Translations under genes and position numbers: made by a program | Shown: one piece after another, positions 33,939-44,735 of the stretch | Layout: each line of letters starts with the position of its first letter | Numbering within the stretch: the first letter of the stretch is position 1 | Notes under the pieces: model-generated | Seen by the model: the letters and a program-made list of their open reading frames with translations, nothing else | What the model was told of the DNA's origin: nothing | Databases searched by the model: none | Source: a virus | Taxonomy: Duplodnaviria; Caudoviricetes | DNA: 57,157 bases | IMG/VR virus record: IMGVR_UViG_3300028829_000632 | Coordinates: 1 to 57,157 of that record | Strand: one strand, 5' to 3'

Positions 33939-36437
33939 CTATTGAGAGGCTTTGTCAAAAGCCGCTTGACCAAACTTAGAAACAAAATCTCTTTCTACTC
34001 TATCATTATCAAATTTAGGATCAGCTAAAAGCTTTTTTAACATACTTTCTGGAGTAGCAGCCGGTGCAGTACTGCCACGCATTGCTGTTTCTAATCGTTC
34101 CTCAGTAGCATCCTTGCCAAGTGCGTCCATTCTTTTTCTTGCTGCTTCGGCCATTTCCTGTGCCTCAACATAAGCAGCAGAACTGCCTTGTGCAGTTGGG
34201 TTTGCTTGATATCTATTATTTAGTATTTTAATAGCATACTCTGAAAGATTAGACATTTTTCTAGCATCGGCTCCTTGTAAAGGATTACCATTTTTTGTTA
34301 CCGTTCCTGTTTGTCTATCAAATGTAAATCCAAACTTTTGTGCAATAGCGCCTCTTAAATCTTCTCTTGTTGCAGTAATATCAAAAGCTTTAGTACTATC
34401 AGCATCAGGAAGCAGATCGTCAAAAATACTAGCAAGAGAAGCTGCATTTGCAAGTATGTCTTTTCTTTTCTGTGCAGGAAGAGCAGCAAGTTCTTTTTGT
34501 CCAGCACGGTCTAGGTTAAGAATAGATAAATCCTGTGCATTATTTTTTTGCAGAGTCTCTAGATTTCTTTCTAGTTTTCTATCAATAATTAAAGTCTCTT
34601 TATCAAACTCTTCTTTATCAAGTTCACTAAGCTGTTCTCTTTGCAACAGTCTTTCAGCAACCACTGTCTCAGTCATACCACCCATAGCACCAGAAATTTG
34701 CTGGACAATACTTAAATTAGGATCACTGAATGATTTAGCAGCTACACCAAAAGCCTTAGACAAAGTTATGTTGCCATCACGACCAGTAATTTCTTCTCTA
34801 CGTCTAAGCATTTCATCAGCAAGTCGTTTAGTCTGGCTATCAGATAATGTATTAAATGCATCTGACTCAGCAGTACGCTGCTCTTTCATAAGTCTATTAC
34901 GCTCTGTTCTATATGTTAAATCTTCTGCTCTTGCAGCAGCAACTTCACTAGCAACTCTGTCATCCATACCAGCTAGTCGTCTAAGAATATCTGTTCCTAC
35001 ATCATATGGTTTTTCATTAGGAGGAGCAGCAGGAGGAGAAGAAGGAGTTCTAGATTTTACAGTTTCTGGAGCCATGAGACCCCCAACTTCTAGATTAGGA
35101 GAAACAACTCCTCTACTAATATCTTCATCAACAGCAGCAGTAGGCACAGGATTCTTAATACTAGAAGATTGATCTATTAATCCTAAAACACCAGCTTGTC
35201 TAGCAGACGGACTTAAATTATCTTGTAACATATAATTTTTACCAGTTCTTTTGCCCCGTGCGTCTGGATATTCTAATTTACTGCGTTGCGGTCCGTCTCT
35301 TTCAATTTGCTCTGCTCTAGCAATATCATCAGGTTCCTTTGTTGCCCTTAACTCTGTTGCTAGTTGCGCCAAAGCTAACGATATGTTTTCTGAATTTCTA
35401 TCTTGAGTAATTCTTTTTTCTTCTTCTCCAATTATCTGTCCTGATTCTTTCCTATAAACCACACCAGACAGACCATCATTTAAACGACCGCCCTCGGCTC
35501 TAGTCACACCAGCGCCCATTCCTCCAAAACCACCACCATAGTACATACTAGCAGCCTGTAGACCAAGGCCCAGTAACTGTGATCCCGTACTCGGACCTTG
35601 CTGCCCCGGAGCAGTAGTCTGCCTATTCATGGAAGGAATAGTATTTAAAGGATTAGCATATACAGTACCAGAATACTCTGCTAATGCAGCCTGTGGTTCA
35701 CCACGCTGCTCAAGAAATCTAAAGTAAGCCTCATCTAAAGCTTCCTGTGCTAGTCCTCTACGTTGTTCGCCAACGCCTGCTAAAGCACCCTGCTCTGCTA
35801 AACCAGAAGCAAACATAGCTGGTCCCGCCTTAGCTAAATCTTGAGCTTGTCCTCGTTCTCTAGCTTTTTGAGCATTAAATTCTTGACGACCCTGAAGAAA
35901 AGCTTGCTGTAAGCCTTTAGATTGAATATCTCCAAGACGTTGGCCTTGAGCTTCGCCAAGTAATGCAGCCTGTACACCAGCCCTAGAACCAAGACCACTC
36001 ATACCACCAGCACTTACTGCTTGCTTTTCAAACTGAGGTAAGATTCTAGTTTCAAAATCTTCTTGAGCTTTACGTTTTTCAACATCAATAACAGCTTGCT
36101 GATAAGGATTCATATACTGTTGTGCAGTATCAGCCGTAAACTTTTCACCCTGTTGGCGTGTAATACCTAGAGCTTCTTGCTGAATAGGCGCTGATAAACC
36201 TACAAGACCTTCAATACCTGCTTGAGCATCTAGTTCCTGTTGAGTAAACGGAGCAATAGTTGCACCTTCATAAGGAACATAGCCTTCAGCAACACGCTCA
36301 TCGTAAAGTCGTTTTGCCTCATCGGCAATTTCTGCAACCTTTGGCGCAATCTCTTCAGGTAGCTTTTGTGTCTGTTGAACCATAGTAGTCTGCGGTTGAC
36401 TCTTAGAACTACCAAATAGTGAAGATAGGAAACCCAT
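33939..36437 (-). CDS. Internal virion / pilot-type ejection protein
   Basis: MGFLSSLFG start, QQYMNPYQQAVID, GGMSGLGSR, Q/A-rich. Confidence 0.75.
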   Translation of the reverse strand: MGFLSSLFGSSKSQPQTTMVQQTQKLPEEIAPKVAEIADEAKRLYDERVAEGYVPYEGATIAPFTQQELDAQAGIEGLVGLSAPIQQEALGITRQQGEKFTADTAQQYMNPYQQAVIDVEKRKAQEDFETRILPQFEKQAVSAGGMSGLGSRAGVQAALLGEAQGQRLGDIQSKGLQQAFLQGRQEFNAQKARERGQAQDLAKAGPAMFASGLAEQGALAGVGEQRRGLAQEALDEAYFRFLEQRGEPQAALAEYSGTVYANPLNTIPSMNRQTTAPGQQGPSTGSQLLGLGLQAASMYYGGGFGGMGAGVTRAEGGRLNDGLSGVVYRKESGQIIGEEEKRITQDRNSENISLALAQLATELRATKEPDDIARAEQIERDGPQRSKLEYPDARGKRTGKNYMLQDNLSPSARQAGVLGLIDQSSSIKNPVPTAAVDEDISRGVVSPNLEVGGLMAPETVKSRTPSSPPAAPPNEKPYDVGTDILRRLAGMDDRVASEVAAARAEDLTYRTERNRLMKEQRTAESDAFNTLSDSQTKRLADEMLRRREEITGRDGNITLSKAFGVAAKSFSDPNLSIVQQISGAMGGMTETVVAERLLQREQLSELDKEEFDKETLIIDRKLERNLETLQKNNAQDLSILNLDRAGQKELAALPAQKRKDILANAASLASIFDDLLPDADSTKAFDITATREDLRGAIAQKFGFTFDRQTGTVTKNGNPLQGADARKMSNLSEYAIKILNNRYQANPTAQGSSAAYVEAQEMAEAARKRMDALGKDATEERLETAMRGSTAPAATPESMLKKLLADPKFDNDRVERDFVSKFGQAAFDKASQ

Positions 36438-36439
36438 CG

Positions 36440-37252
36440 TTATGTCCTCTCATTTATTGAAGATGTTAAGGAAGCCAAGCCATTAATTTCATTAGGCTGT
36501 TTAGTATTTCCATAAGCATCTTTACGAATATCTTTTACAACATTATCCATGATATCTGCACCTTCATCTGCATTACCATTTCCTAGTGCTGCCATTGTAT
36601 GACTATCAATTACATACTCAGAAGGGCTAACTGCTAGTGTACCTACTTGTTTAGGATTGTCAAGTGTACCTACTTGCTGTCCCATAGCTCGTTCAACAAT
36701 AGGCATGTATACATTATCTTCCATGCCACCACCGTCTCCTTCAACTCTACCTGAGAACTCTCCACCAGCCTTCAGTCCCATAATACCACCACCATACCTA
36801 GCATTAAATTCCATAGGATCAGTATCTTCCATCATAGCCATTTCCATAAACGGCTGGGCTGCTTGAGTATCAGCTAAACTATACTGTGTTTCTACTGCTT
36901 CAGTAGTATCCACACCGGAATTTTTAGTCAGAACTTCAAGTGCCTTAGCTGCTAGTGAGTCTCCATCAGGAAGCGTAGCTGTAAGAATTTCATTTACATT
37001 CTGCTTTACATCCATCTCTGCCATATCTCTGCCTGACATAGGAATAGGAACAGGGATAGGAGCCTGTGTATTCATAGGCACACCAGCCAGTCCAGAAGGT
37101 GCTTGAGGAGCCATAGGAGCTTGCACAGGAGCCGCTGGATTAGGCATACCCGTCATAGGGTTAGGCACACCTTGAGCTACTCTCATGGCTTCCATAGGCT
37201 GTGCATTAGCCATGTTTCTATACTTCATAGCTTGATCTACTGGCATATTCAT
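36440..37252 (-). CDS. Internal virion protein with GG..G.G....D.V....S.SEYV motif
   Basis: M/P/A-rich N-terminus; LKAGGEFSGRVEGDGGGMEDNV...AVSPSEYVI...LGNG. Confidence 0.65.
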   Translation of the reverse strand: MNMPVDQAMKYRNMANAQPMEAMRVAQGVPNPMTGMPNPAAPVQAPMAPQAPSGLAGVPMNTQAPIPVPIPMSGRDMAEMDVKQNVNEILTATLPDGDSLAAKALEVLTKNSGVDTTEAVETQYSLADTQAAQPFMEMAMMEDTDPMEFNARYGGGIMGLKAGGEFSGRVEGDGGGMEDNVYMPIVERAMGQQVGTLDNPKQVGTLAVSPSEYVIDSHTMAALGNGNADEGADIMDNVVKDIRKDAYGNTKQPNEINGLASLTSSINERT

Positions 37253-37452
37253 TTGTTCTGTCCATAATCTGATTCAGGAGAACCTAAGTAATCATTACTA
37301 TTATACTGTATTTTCTTTATATTCCCAAATGTTTGGTTCTTTTCATTTAAGTTATGACGAGTAGGATCAATAAACTGTCCCGTATTAAGATTACCAAAAT
37401 ACGTACTATCGTTTACTAAACTAAAATGTGTTCCTAATTCAGATTTTGCCAT
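37249..37452 (-). CDS. Hypothetical protein
   Basis: 67 aa, coupled. Confidence 0.55.
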   Translation of the reverse strand: MAKSELGTHFSLVNDSTYFGNLNTGQFIDPTRHNLNEKNQTFGNIKKIQYNSNDYLGSPESDYGQNK

Positions 37453-37709
37453 GATGTCTCTACTCCTAAACTAACATATCCTTTAAACTTACCAGTGCTT
37501 GCTGAATATGCTATGTCACCCTTCTGTGGTCTACCAATTTCTGTTACTGTAACAACAGTATAAATATTTGTAGATGGTTTACTATTAACTTGTAAATCTC
37601 TTGAGTTTAGCTCTTGTACTAAAACTGATCCCCATCTTTGAATACTACTATACATTTCAATAGGGTCTTTAAAATATCTTCTTTTAAATAAAGTAGGGTA
37701 TCTTGCCAT
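37434..37709 (-). CDS. Small tail-associated protein
   Basis: 91 aa; P..GDIAYSASTGKFKGY...W motif. Confidence 0.6.
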   Translation of the reverse strand: MARYPTLFKRRYFKDPIEMYSSIQRWGSVLVQELNSRDLQVNSKPSTNIYTVVTVTEIGRPQKGDIAYSASTGKFKGYVSLGVETSWQNLN

Positions 37710-39877
37710 TATCTTTCACCATCACCTTGGACTGCCAGTCGGATTGATCCCCATCTCCAACTAGCATTATTTGAATCACAAGATACCCTTACTACCCCTT
37801 GCCTTCCTCTTGACCTTAAATCAACTTTTTGAGTTGTTTCTGTCACATCAAATTCTTTTGTAGTTTTTTCCGTACTTTCTGGAAACTGTTTAGTAATAAG
37901 TTTTAGTTTGATCTTACCACCGCTTAAATCAAAATCAGGAATAAGTCTGCTCATATACATCAAAGCATTACCATCATCAATATCAAAATCACCTGACTCT
38001 ACAAATGAAGTAAGTGTTTCACCGTTAGCAGTAAAGACACTAGGCGGTTCATTATCATATACTAAGTTACCGCCAACTGTAGCACCAGTTGTAATTGTAT
38101 TACCAAACACTTCTCTATCAGCAAAGGTAGTAAAGATCATATCCCCATAAACCCAGTACCCTTCTTCAGGAGAATAGATAACATAACTATCACACTCAGT
38201 ACTGTTAAGTGAAGGATAGAGCCAGATAATTTCCTGAAACTCAGAGTTAATACCAGCAAATACTTTATCAGTATAGTCTTGGTTTATATTTTCAAAAATA
38301 TATCTTCTAACTGTGCAGTTTAATGTTTCTACTTGACCAGCAAAAGAATAGAAGTTATCACTACCCATCCAGTATGTAACACCATTATAATCTAGTCCTG
38401 CATGTTGTCCTACTAAACCACAATTAGAACCAACCTGTTCAAAATTAAAAATAAATGGTGGCCCTGCATAACTCATAGTCCATAATGAATTATCAGTCCA
38501 AATATTAATAGCATTCTTTGACCGTGCTGCCCCTACAATTTCTGTACCATCTGTTAGTACAACCTCACCTGATGTAGTACTAAGAGAAGGAACCCAATTT
38601 GTTCTGTCATCTTGATCTGACCAACGAACAAGCATAGGATCAAAAGGACCGCTAATGCTTGCCGTAGCTGTGTAACTATTAGACCCAAGAGCAATTAGGT
38701 GTCTGTCATTAGGAGAAACAATAATAGAGTTGACACTGATAGGAGATGTTGTTACAGTTGTAGCGTGTAAAGGTGTTGTACTGGCATCACTATCAAAATA
38801 GAAAATGTTAGAACCTTTTCTATTTGCAACAATATCCTCGCCCCAGTTATCAAGACTCCAGTTAGCTAGTGTTAATCTAATATCACTAGCAGATACAGAG
38901 GAAGGGCTGTTCCATCCTCTACCAACAGACTGCTGATAGATCAATGCGGTCATATTAAGACTGGCTGTTATATTAGTAGTAGCACTAGCCGCTGTATCAG
39001 TTGATATAATAAGTTGAGTACTAGCAACAGATACAATAGTAAACTCAGGTCCGCCTACACTGACTGTTGTCCCTGCACCATTAACAATAAACGGCTGAGA
39101 TAGAATTAAATTACCACCTACTGTAGCAGGAGTCACGCTTGTATTAGCAGGTCTAAATACTACAAAGTCTCCAGCAGTTCCGCTATGAGCGGCATCACAA
39201 GATATAGTAACTAATACATTACTCCCTGTGGTTGAGATTTTACTTATCCCTACTGAAGTAGGAGGCGTAGCATTATATATAGCAGCAGAATAACCAAGAC
39301 CTGCGGTAGCTACAGAAGGGCCAGTAGGAATATAGTAGTTAAAAGTAGCAGCACCTGCATCTGCTGAAGTAGCTGCTGCTGCGGTTGTAACTTCAATTGT
39401 AAAAACATTAGAACTTGTAATAGAAGTAATTGGATAAACATTTCCTGTCAGACTAACATTGCCACCAAAAACAGCAGCAGAAGTAAAATAAACATAATCA
39501 CCTATAGCTTTACTGTGTCCGGTATCAGACACGCACACTCTTGTTTGCCCAGCACTTGTTCCAAAAACAGCCGTTAAAGTTACAGTAGAAGCAATAGGAG
39601 TAATATCATACAACTGATCTCCGCTCATTGTGTACAGTTTATCTGGTGTACCAAAAATAGCACGGGCAATTCTATCTGAATCACGCCATGTAACTAAATC
39701 TCTAGCAGAACCGTCAAAGGCTGCGCTTACTCTAGTCGTGTATCCTCGCATGTTCTCAGGTTTCTGAGCACGGAAACGCACTCGATTGCCATCAAACCAT
39801 TTATCACCTTCAGCAAACTGAGTGGTTTCTCTATGAAACCCTTGCTGAAACTCAAACTTTGCAAGTTTACTTGTCAT
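37709..39877 (-). CDS. Tail tubular B / P22 gp10-like stabilisation protein
   Basis: W.DG.RVRFR, WSLDNWGED, DPMLVRWSDQ, ESGDFDI..G, R.RGRQ, DG.R end. Confidence 0.8.
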   Translation of the reverse strand: MTSKLAKFEFQQGFHRETTQFAEGDKWFDGNRVRFRAQKPENMRGYTTRVSAAFDGSARDLVTWRDSDRIARAIFGTPDKLYTMSGDQLYDITPIASTVTLTAVFGTSAGQTRVCVSDTGHSKAIGDYVYFTSAAVFGGNVSLTGNVYPITSITSSNVFTIEVTTAAAATSADAGAATFNYYIPTGPSVATAGLGYSAAIYNATPPTSVGISKISTTGSNVLVTISCDAAHSGTAGDFVVFRPANTSVTPATVGGNLILSQPFIVNGAGTTVSVGGPEFTIVSVASTQLIISTDTAASATTNITASLNMTALIYQQSVGRGWNSPSSVSASDIRLTLANWSLDNWGEDIVANRKGSNIFYFDSDASTTPLHATTVTTSPISVNSIIVSPNDRHLIALGSNSYTATASISGPFDPMLVRWSDQDDRTNWVPSLSTTSGEVVLTDGTEIVGAARSKNAINIWTDNSLWTMSYAGPPFIFNFEQVGSNCGLVGQHAGLDYNGVTYWMGSDNFYSFAGQVETLNCTVRRYIFENINQDYTDKVFAGINSEFQEIIWLYPSLNSTECDSYVIYSPEEGYWVYGDMIFTTFADREVFGNTITTGATVGGNLVYDNEPPSVFTANGETLTSFVESGDFDIDDGNALMYMSRLIPDFDLSGGKIKLKLITKQFPESTEKTTKEFDVTETTQKVDLRSRGRQGVVRVSCDSNNASWRWGSIRLAVQGDGER

Positions 39878-40806
39878 TATCTAGTCATATTGTTAAGCAT
39901 TACCGCATCAATTGTGGTAGCACTTCTTGCTGTATAGAAAAGAATATCAGTTGATCCTGATGTAGATGTTGCGGTAGGTACTGTTCCTCCAGCAAATTTA
40001 AATACAGAGTTAAAACTAATTGTTCTTCCACCAGTAGCATCCTGAATTAGATAGTAATGTCCTGATTGACCAGCATCCATATTACTAGGTGCAGCCAAGG
40101 TTCTGTTACCGCCCAGTGTTACTAGAAAAATATTACCAGTATCAGCATCTGAAACAACAGACGCTGCATCAGTCAGAGTTGTAATGAAAGACTTTACAGC
40201 ACTAGATACTTTAATCATTGCTGCATCGCCATAAGCTACTGTAGCATTAAATGTTTTAGCAGCAGTGATAGTATCTGTAGCAGACACCTTTACATAACGA
40301 ATATCACCAAGAGAGGTATCAGGAATTTCTGTAGCACAGACTCCTACATTACGTACAGCAGCGGTTCCTAGACCTAACCCAGTACTATCTAGTTGATAAA
40401 CAGATGTGCCATTAGTAAAGAAATAACCATGACCTCCATTAGCAACAGTAGTACCGGCATTACCAGCAACACGTAAAATAACAGCATTGGTCGTAGCATT
40501 AGTTGATACTGCGTTTTTAATTACATAGGTTTTAGAATTATTAGGAATTAAAACAAAGATAGATGTATGAGCAGTCCCGATTGATCCAGAAAATTGTAGG
40601 ATAGCAGATCGTGACTGGTCTCCGCTACCTTGATTTTCTGATAGCGTAACAGTTGCAGCACTGCCTAAACTTACCGTGGTATAGCCAGCAACAGCATCAT
40701 CAACAAGACTAATAACACCGTCATTGAGAACCTGTCCCCAAGTATTAGGATTATCACCATTACCTTGTTTTGTCAGCCTAATGTTTGTTGTATAAGTTGA
40801 GGCCAT
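39877..40806 (-). CDS. Tail fibre/spike protein
   Basis: MASTYT...G.N.NTWG N-terminus; VTLGGNRTLAAPSN..GQ...IQDATGGRT C-terminal domain. Confidence 0.8.
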   Translation of the reverse strand: MASTYTTNIRLTKQGNGDNPNTWGQVLNDGVISLVDDAVAGYTTVSLGSAATVTLSENQGSGDQSRSAILQFSGSIGTAHTSIFVLIPNNSKTYVIKNAVSTNATTNAVILRVAGNAGTTVANGGHGYFFTNGTSVYQLDSTGLGLGTAAVRNVGVCATEIPDTSLGDIRYVKVSATDTITAAKTFNATVAYGDAAMIKVSSAVKSFITTLTDAASVVSDADTGNIFLVTLGGNRTLAAPSNMDAGQSGHYYLIQDATGGRTISFNSVFKFAGGTVPTATSTSGSTDILFYTARSATTIDAVMLNNMTR

Positions 40807-40807
40807 A

Positions 40808-41101
40808 TTACGTACCTTTTCCGTTGTTAAGTTTTAATTTTGGAATTATAGTTCCTGTATAAGTAGGTCCAGTACAAAGCTTTCCTTCATTAGTTAAAAA
40901 AAGAATTGTAAAACTATCCTTACCTTTATAAATAGTAATGGGAGTTCCTGCCGTAGTTACTCCTGAAAAAACAAACTCTTCATTATATTTTAGTAGGCTT
41001 TTTTCAATATCTTGAGCATCTTCATTAAAACAAAAGACTTGCGCTGATACTGGAAATACAAACCACAAAGTTATTAAAATATATGTTAGTATAAATTTCA
41101 T
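40808..41101 (-). CDS. Exported hypothetical protein
   Basis: Signal peptide (VSA|Q), two Cys, AT-rich. Confidence 0.6.
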   Translation of the reverse strand: MKFILTYILITLWFVFPVSAQVFCFNEDAQDIEKSLLKYNEEFVFSGVTTAGTPITIYKGKDSFTILFLTNEGKLCTGPTYTGTIIPKLKLNNGKGT

Positions 41102-41668
41102 TTAAATACTTTCAGGCCAGTCATAAATCGGCGCGTTACCGATCGGATTGCCATCAGCGTCCGTCGAGGTGACGAACAGAGCCTTAAATGCGTCGAGATC
41201 GGCACACTGATTAATCTGATCTTCGATTATACCAGCCGCCAGACGAACCTCGTTGCGGTACTGCTGAATGTCAGCCGGAACTTCAATGCCGGTATCCTGC
41301 TTACGAATATATGCCCAATCCGTCTGAGACAAAAGGCTACCCTGTGTCTGCTTAGTCTGGGCAATCCAGTTGGACTTCAGCCCCAACGTGACCATCTGCA
41401 CACCATCTGCATCTAGCAACGGATCACCGTTGTCATCTACTTCATTAGTGTCTTCCAGAACCTTCGGCGTAGTCGTGTACGTGCCGTCAGCGTTTTGTGA
41501 GAACCAGTAGAAGCGTTCATCTGGCTTTGGCTGGGCGTCTACCCAGACAAGACCGTGGGCAACCTTCTCGTCCTCAGACCAGATAGCCCAGTTGGCCGGA
41601 TGCTGGACGCCGTTGTCGTCCGTCCATGCCCGACCCTCTCGAATACGTTTTCCGTTATATGTCCACAT
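41102..41668 (-). CDS. Tail fibre assembly chaperone-like protein
   Basis: LLSQTDW...R.....VPADIQQYRNEVR...WP; GC-rich. Confidence 0.65.
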   Translation of the reverse strand: MWTYNGKRIREGRAWTDDNGVQHPANWAIWSEDEKVAHGLVWVDAQPKPDERFYWFSQNADGTYTTTPKVLEDTNEVDDNGDPLLDADGVQMVTLGLKSNWIAQTKQTQGSLLSQTDWAYIRKQDTGIEVPADIQQYRNEVRLAAGIIEDQINQCADLDAFKALFVTSTDADGNPIGNAPIYDWPESI

Positions 41669-41677
41669 TGTCTTCTC

Positions 41678-44035
41678 CTATCGAGCCGGGACGGAGGCGA
41701 CACCATCGCCGCCAAAGGGGTGTTTGGCAAATGCCATAAAGATGTAAGTGCTGCCAGAGCCGTTTACGCCACCATCACTGGCGCGAAGTTTAAATCCATT
41801 AGACAACAAATCATGCGTTGTGGATGTGAGGTCGGCATTACTGGTGTCTGGATAAAGCCTAAGATTTGCTACGTTGTACAGGTTACGACCTGCATCAACT
41901 GTCACCCAGTTATCGGCAGAATTTGTCCGCTTCACCAGCACAAATGCAGGTTTGAATCCGCAGTAGACAAAGGGGCCATTGGTAGAACCGTTGCCGGTAT
42001 AGGTGCCAAACTTGCTAAAGCCCTCTACTTCTGCAAACGCATAAGCAATCATTGTGCCTGTGTTATTAGTTGCGCTTGAGTTACCGAGTGTAATGACGCT
42101 GCTAGTTGGCGCAGTGTTATTCCACGCGGCGCTATCGGTAAATGCGGCGCTGTTGTCGTTAAGACGCATATATTTCGTTGCGCCATTTAAATGATGGTAA
42201 ACGTACCAATGATAGCTGCTGCTGCTTCGTGACTTCGTGATGACCACTGAAGGAGCAGCGCCAAGTCCGTGCCCTATAGTGGCTCCGCTTGTTTCATTTC
42301 CTGTGTAACCGATAACACTAAACCCCGCATCCACGTTAGCCGACACCGTGGACGTAATGCTACCGTCTTCGTTTGAAGCTGTGCCGTTACCGGCTAACCA
42401 TTGCCACGCTGCGTAAGTATTTCCTGAGTTATTAACAAATGGACCAGAGCCAACAGTAAAGCCATCGGCATCAAAACTTGTCAAACTTGCAGAACTGGTG
42501 CTTTCAGCATCTTTTTCGTTTGTTTGTAAGTATTTTTCAACACCACGCACTTCATCATAGACAGTATGAACGCGAGTGCCGTTTCGCTCTTTAATCCATA
42601 CCCACGAAGGCTGGAACGTACTGTTGCCCGACTGATTAATCTCCTGTGTCGAACTATTTCCGCTATACAACGAAGTCTGAAAATACGCCGAGCCGTCAGC
42701 TATTGTAGGTGTAGGCAATGTGCTGCTGTCAATTTGCGAGAAGCCTGTCGGCGGTGTGTACGTCAGTCCACCAGTCTGACCAAAGTTTGCAATAAGGCGA
42801 CTTGTGCCTGTGCCATAATCTACCGCAAATGCTGGAGCAAATGTTCCTGACAGTCCTGAATAGGCTTCGCTCGTTCCAGCAGCAGGATTGCCGGACGCTT
42901 GAAACGTGCCGTTTACTGACCACCAGATTTTTCCGTTATCAAGATCAAGTGCTACACCAACAATGTCTCCGGCAGAAAGCGCAGAGCCGTAGGATGCCGC
43001 ACTGCCGTTATTTAGCTTTTGCCCAACGGTATTATAAGCATATCCCGTACTGTCCTGAGAAAAATTAGAACCTGCTGAACCTGAATCAAGCCGCCACTCA
43101 GGAGATACAACGCCAATAAATTCTCGACCAACGCCAGATTGACCGAGAGAGTCAGCTTCGACTTCCCAGTACCATTTGCCGCTGCTGACAGCAAAAGTAG
43201 CACGGGCATCGTTAGCTGATCCGCTGTTTGCGTTTTGGAACGTAAGGTTTCCGTCGCTAATAGTAACATTGCTTCCGGTCTGGTAATCAATCGGGCTGAT
43301 GACTGGGAAGTTAAGAGTCGGACTGTCAGTAACCTGATCGTCGCTGGTCAGCCCTGACGAGGTGAAGTCGTTGCTGTTGCCGGAGTAATCTGCGCCAAGA
43401 TCAGCACTGTCCTCGCCTGTGATATAGAAGCCGTTGGTGCCGTATGATCCTGTGTATTTTTTCGGCACCCACACGCCATCGTCGTTGTATTCGCCAAATG
43501 AGGTTGGGTCGGCAACGGTGTTGTCTAGCTTAACGATTTCGGAAAGGTAACCGTCATAGTAGTTACCTCCACCGCCTTGACTGCCAAGGCTAAAAAACTC
43601 GCCGCTTTTGTTGTAGTATGTTTCGCCAGACGATCCCGTCCCGCTAATTAAGCTGACATTGTTCTGCCAGAGGTTGTAGGCCCCAGTTGATCCATTCCAG
43701 TTAGCGACAAAATGATACCAAGCTGACGGATCGCGGAAGACCGCAGTGGTTGTATTGTCAATGCTGCGACTAAAAATACGGAAACGGATTTTTTCGCTTG
43801 TTTCAAACCGAATGTAATCAGGATATGCGTTGCCGCCGTTTATAAACCACATCTCAGAGGCATCAATTTTACCCCGCTTCATCCACCATGAAAGCGTCCA
43901 ACTAGTCCCATCCGGGGTGCCCTGAGTTAGTTGCAGCCTAGAACTCGCCGTTTTATCAAACCGGATCGACTGGTCAATCTCGTAGCCGCCGCCCTGACCA
44001 GCAGCACCCATAAGTAAGTTATTGCGAAATACCAT
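41678..44035 (-). CDS. Lectin-like (LamG/SPRY) tail/receptor-binding protein
   Basis: YEIDQSIRF, FRDPSAWYH, SSGKWYWE..GDIVGVALDLDNGK, GFSKFGTYTGNG, YIFMAFA. Confidence 0.8.
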   Translation of the reverse strand: MVFRNNLLMGAAGQGGGYEIDQSIRFDKTASSRLQLTQGTPDGTSWTLSWWMKRGKIDASEMWFINGGNAYPDYIRFETSEKIRFRIFSRSIDNTTTAVFRDPSAWYHFVANWNGSTGAYNLWQNNVSLISGTGSSGETYYNKSGEFFSLGSQGGGGNYYDGYLSEIVKLDNTVADPTSFGEYNDDGVWVPKKYTGSYGTNGFYITGEDSADLGADYSGNSNDFTSSGLTSDDQVTDSPTLNFPVISPIDYQTGSNVTISDGNLTFQNANSGSANDARATFAVSSGKWYWEVEADSLGQSGVGREFIGVVSPEWRLDSGSAGSNFSQDSTGYAYNTVGQKLNNGSAASYGSALSAGDIVGVALDLDNGKIWWSVNGTFQASGNPAAGTSEAYSGLSGTFAPAFAVDYGTGTSRLIANFGQTGGLTYTPPTGFSQIDSSTLPTPTIADGSAYFQTSLYSGNSSTQEINQSGNSTFQPSWVWIKERNGTRVHTVYDEVRGVEKYLQTNEKDAESTSSASLTSFDADGFTVGSGPFVNNSGNTYAAWQWLAGNGTASNEDGSITSTVSANVDAGFSVIGYTGNETSGATIGHGLGAAPSVVITKSRSSSSYHWYVYHHLNGATKYMRLNDNSAAFTDSAAWNNTAPTSSVITLGNSSATNNTGTMIAYAFAEVEGFSKFGTYTGNGSTNGPFVYCGFKPAFVLVKRTNSADNWVTVDAGRNLYNVANLRLYPDTSNADLTSTTHDLLSNGFKLRASDGGVNGSGSTYIFMAFAKHPFGGDGVASVPAR

Positions 44036-44041
44036 TATTAA

Positions 44042-44248
44042 TTATTCCTCAGTCTTTAACGACCCTGTCAGCATATTGACAAAAGCAGATTTTCCAACTT
44101 CTAATTGATCTACATTAAATTTTGCAGCCGAAAGTTTACGTTCCAGATCAGCAATATGATTAACAATCATCTGCTGTTCCTCGGTCATGTCTTCATACTT
44201 ATATTCTACGTCGTCGATAATAATTGGGGTTTTTTCATTTTTTCCCAT
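44042..44248 (-). CDS. Small coiled-coil tail-associated protein
   Basis: IIIDDVEY..EDMTEEQ...HIADL..K.......DQL. Confidence 0.65.
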   Translation of the reverse strand: MGKNEKTPIIIDDVEYKYEDMTEEQQMIVNHIADLERKLSAAKFNVDQLEVGKSAFVNMLTGSLKTEE

Positions 44249-44568
44249 TTTTCCCACGGGGTGCCACTACCCTCCGTAGGGTTTTCGATAAGCTGCAACT
44301 GAGCAGCCACGTTTGCTTCGATAGATGCAACCTCTTCAGCACCAAGAGCAGTCTTGGTCCACTCAAGAGCCTTTGCCTCAGTGATGTCGGCATATGGAAT
44401 AAAATCTGCAATGTCATCCGTTGGGATAGCGACAGAGCCATAGACCCTACCCTGATTACCAGCGTCATCTTCGTCAATGCACTGCCAGTGAGAATTGTTA
44501 ACCACGTCAGATTCGCCGTCGAGAGATACAGCGTAATCAAGCTGCACGATTGACCATGTAATTGCCAT
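44206..44568 (-). CDS. Tail-associated protein (3' end possibly disrupted)
   Basis: MAITWSI..L, FIPYADITE...LEW, G.PW; reads through a 9-nt duplication into next gene. Confidence 0.65.
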   Translation of the reverse strand: MAITWSIVQLDYAVSLDGESDVVNNSHWQCIDEDDAGNQGRVYGSVAIPTDDIADFIPYADITEAKALEWTKTALGAEEVASIEANVAAQLQLIENPTEGSGTPWEKWEKMKKPQLLSTT

Positions 44569-44579
44569 TTGTTTGTTCC

Positions 44580-44735
44580 TTATCCTAATGGGTTCCAGCC
44601 CGAGTTATCCGGGTTGATTTGGTTAAGCCACGTTTCGCGCAGCTTTGGGTTTTCTTGCGTGTGTTCCTGCCACTGCCGTTCGCTGATTTGTCCGCTTCGA
44701 TAACAGGCGATGAGAAGTTCTTGCTCGGTCATCAT
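44580..44735 (-). CDS. Hypothetical protein (51 aa, not in ORF track)
   Basis: ATGA coupling; MTEQELLIACYRSGQISERQWQEH. Confidence 0.55.
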   Translation of the reverse strand: MMTEQELLIACYRSGQISERQWQEHTQENPKLRETWLNQINPDNSGWNPLG

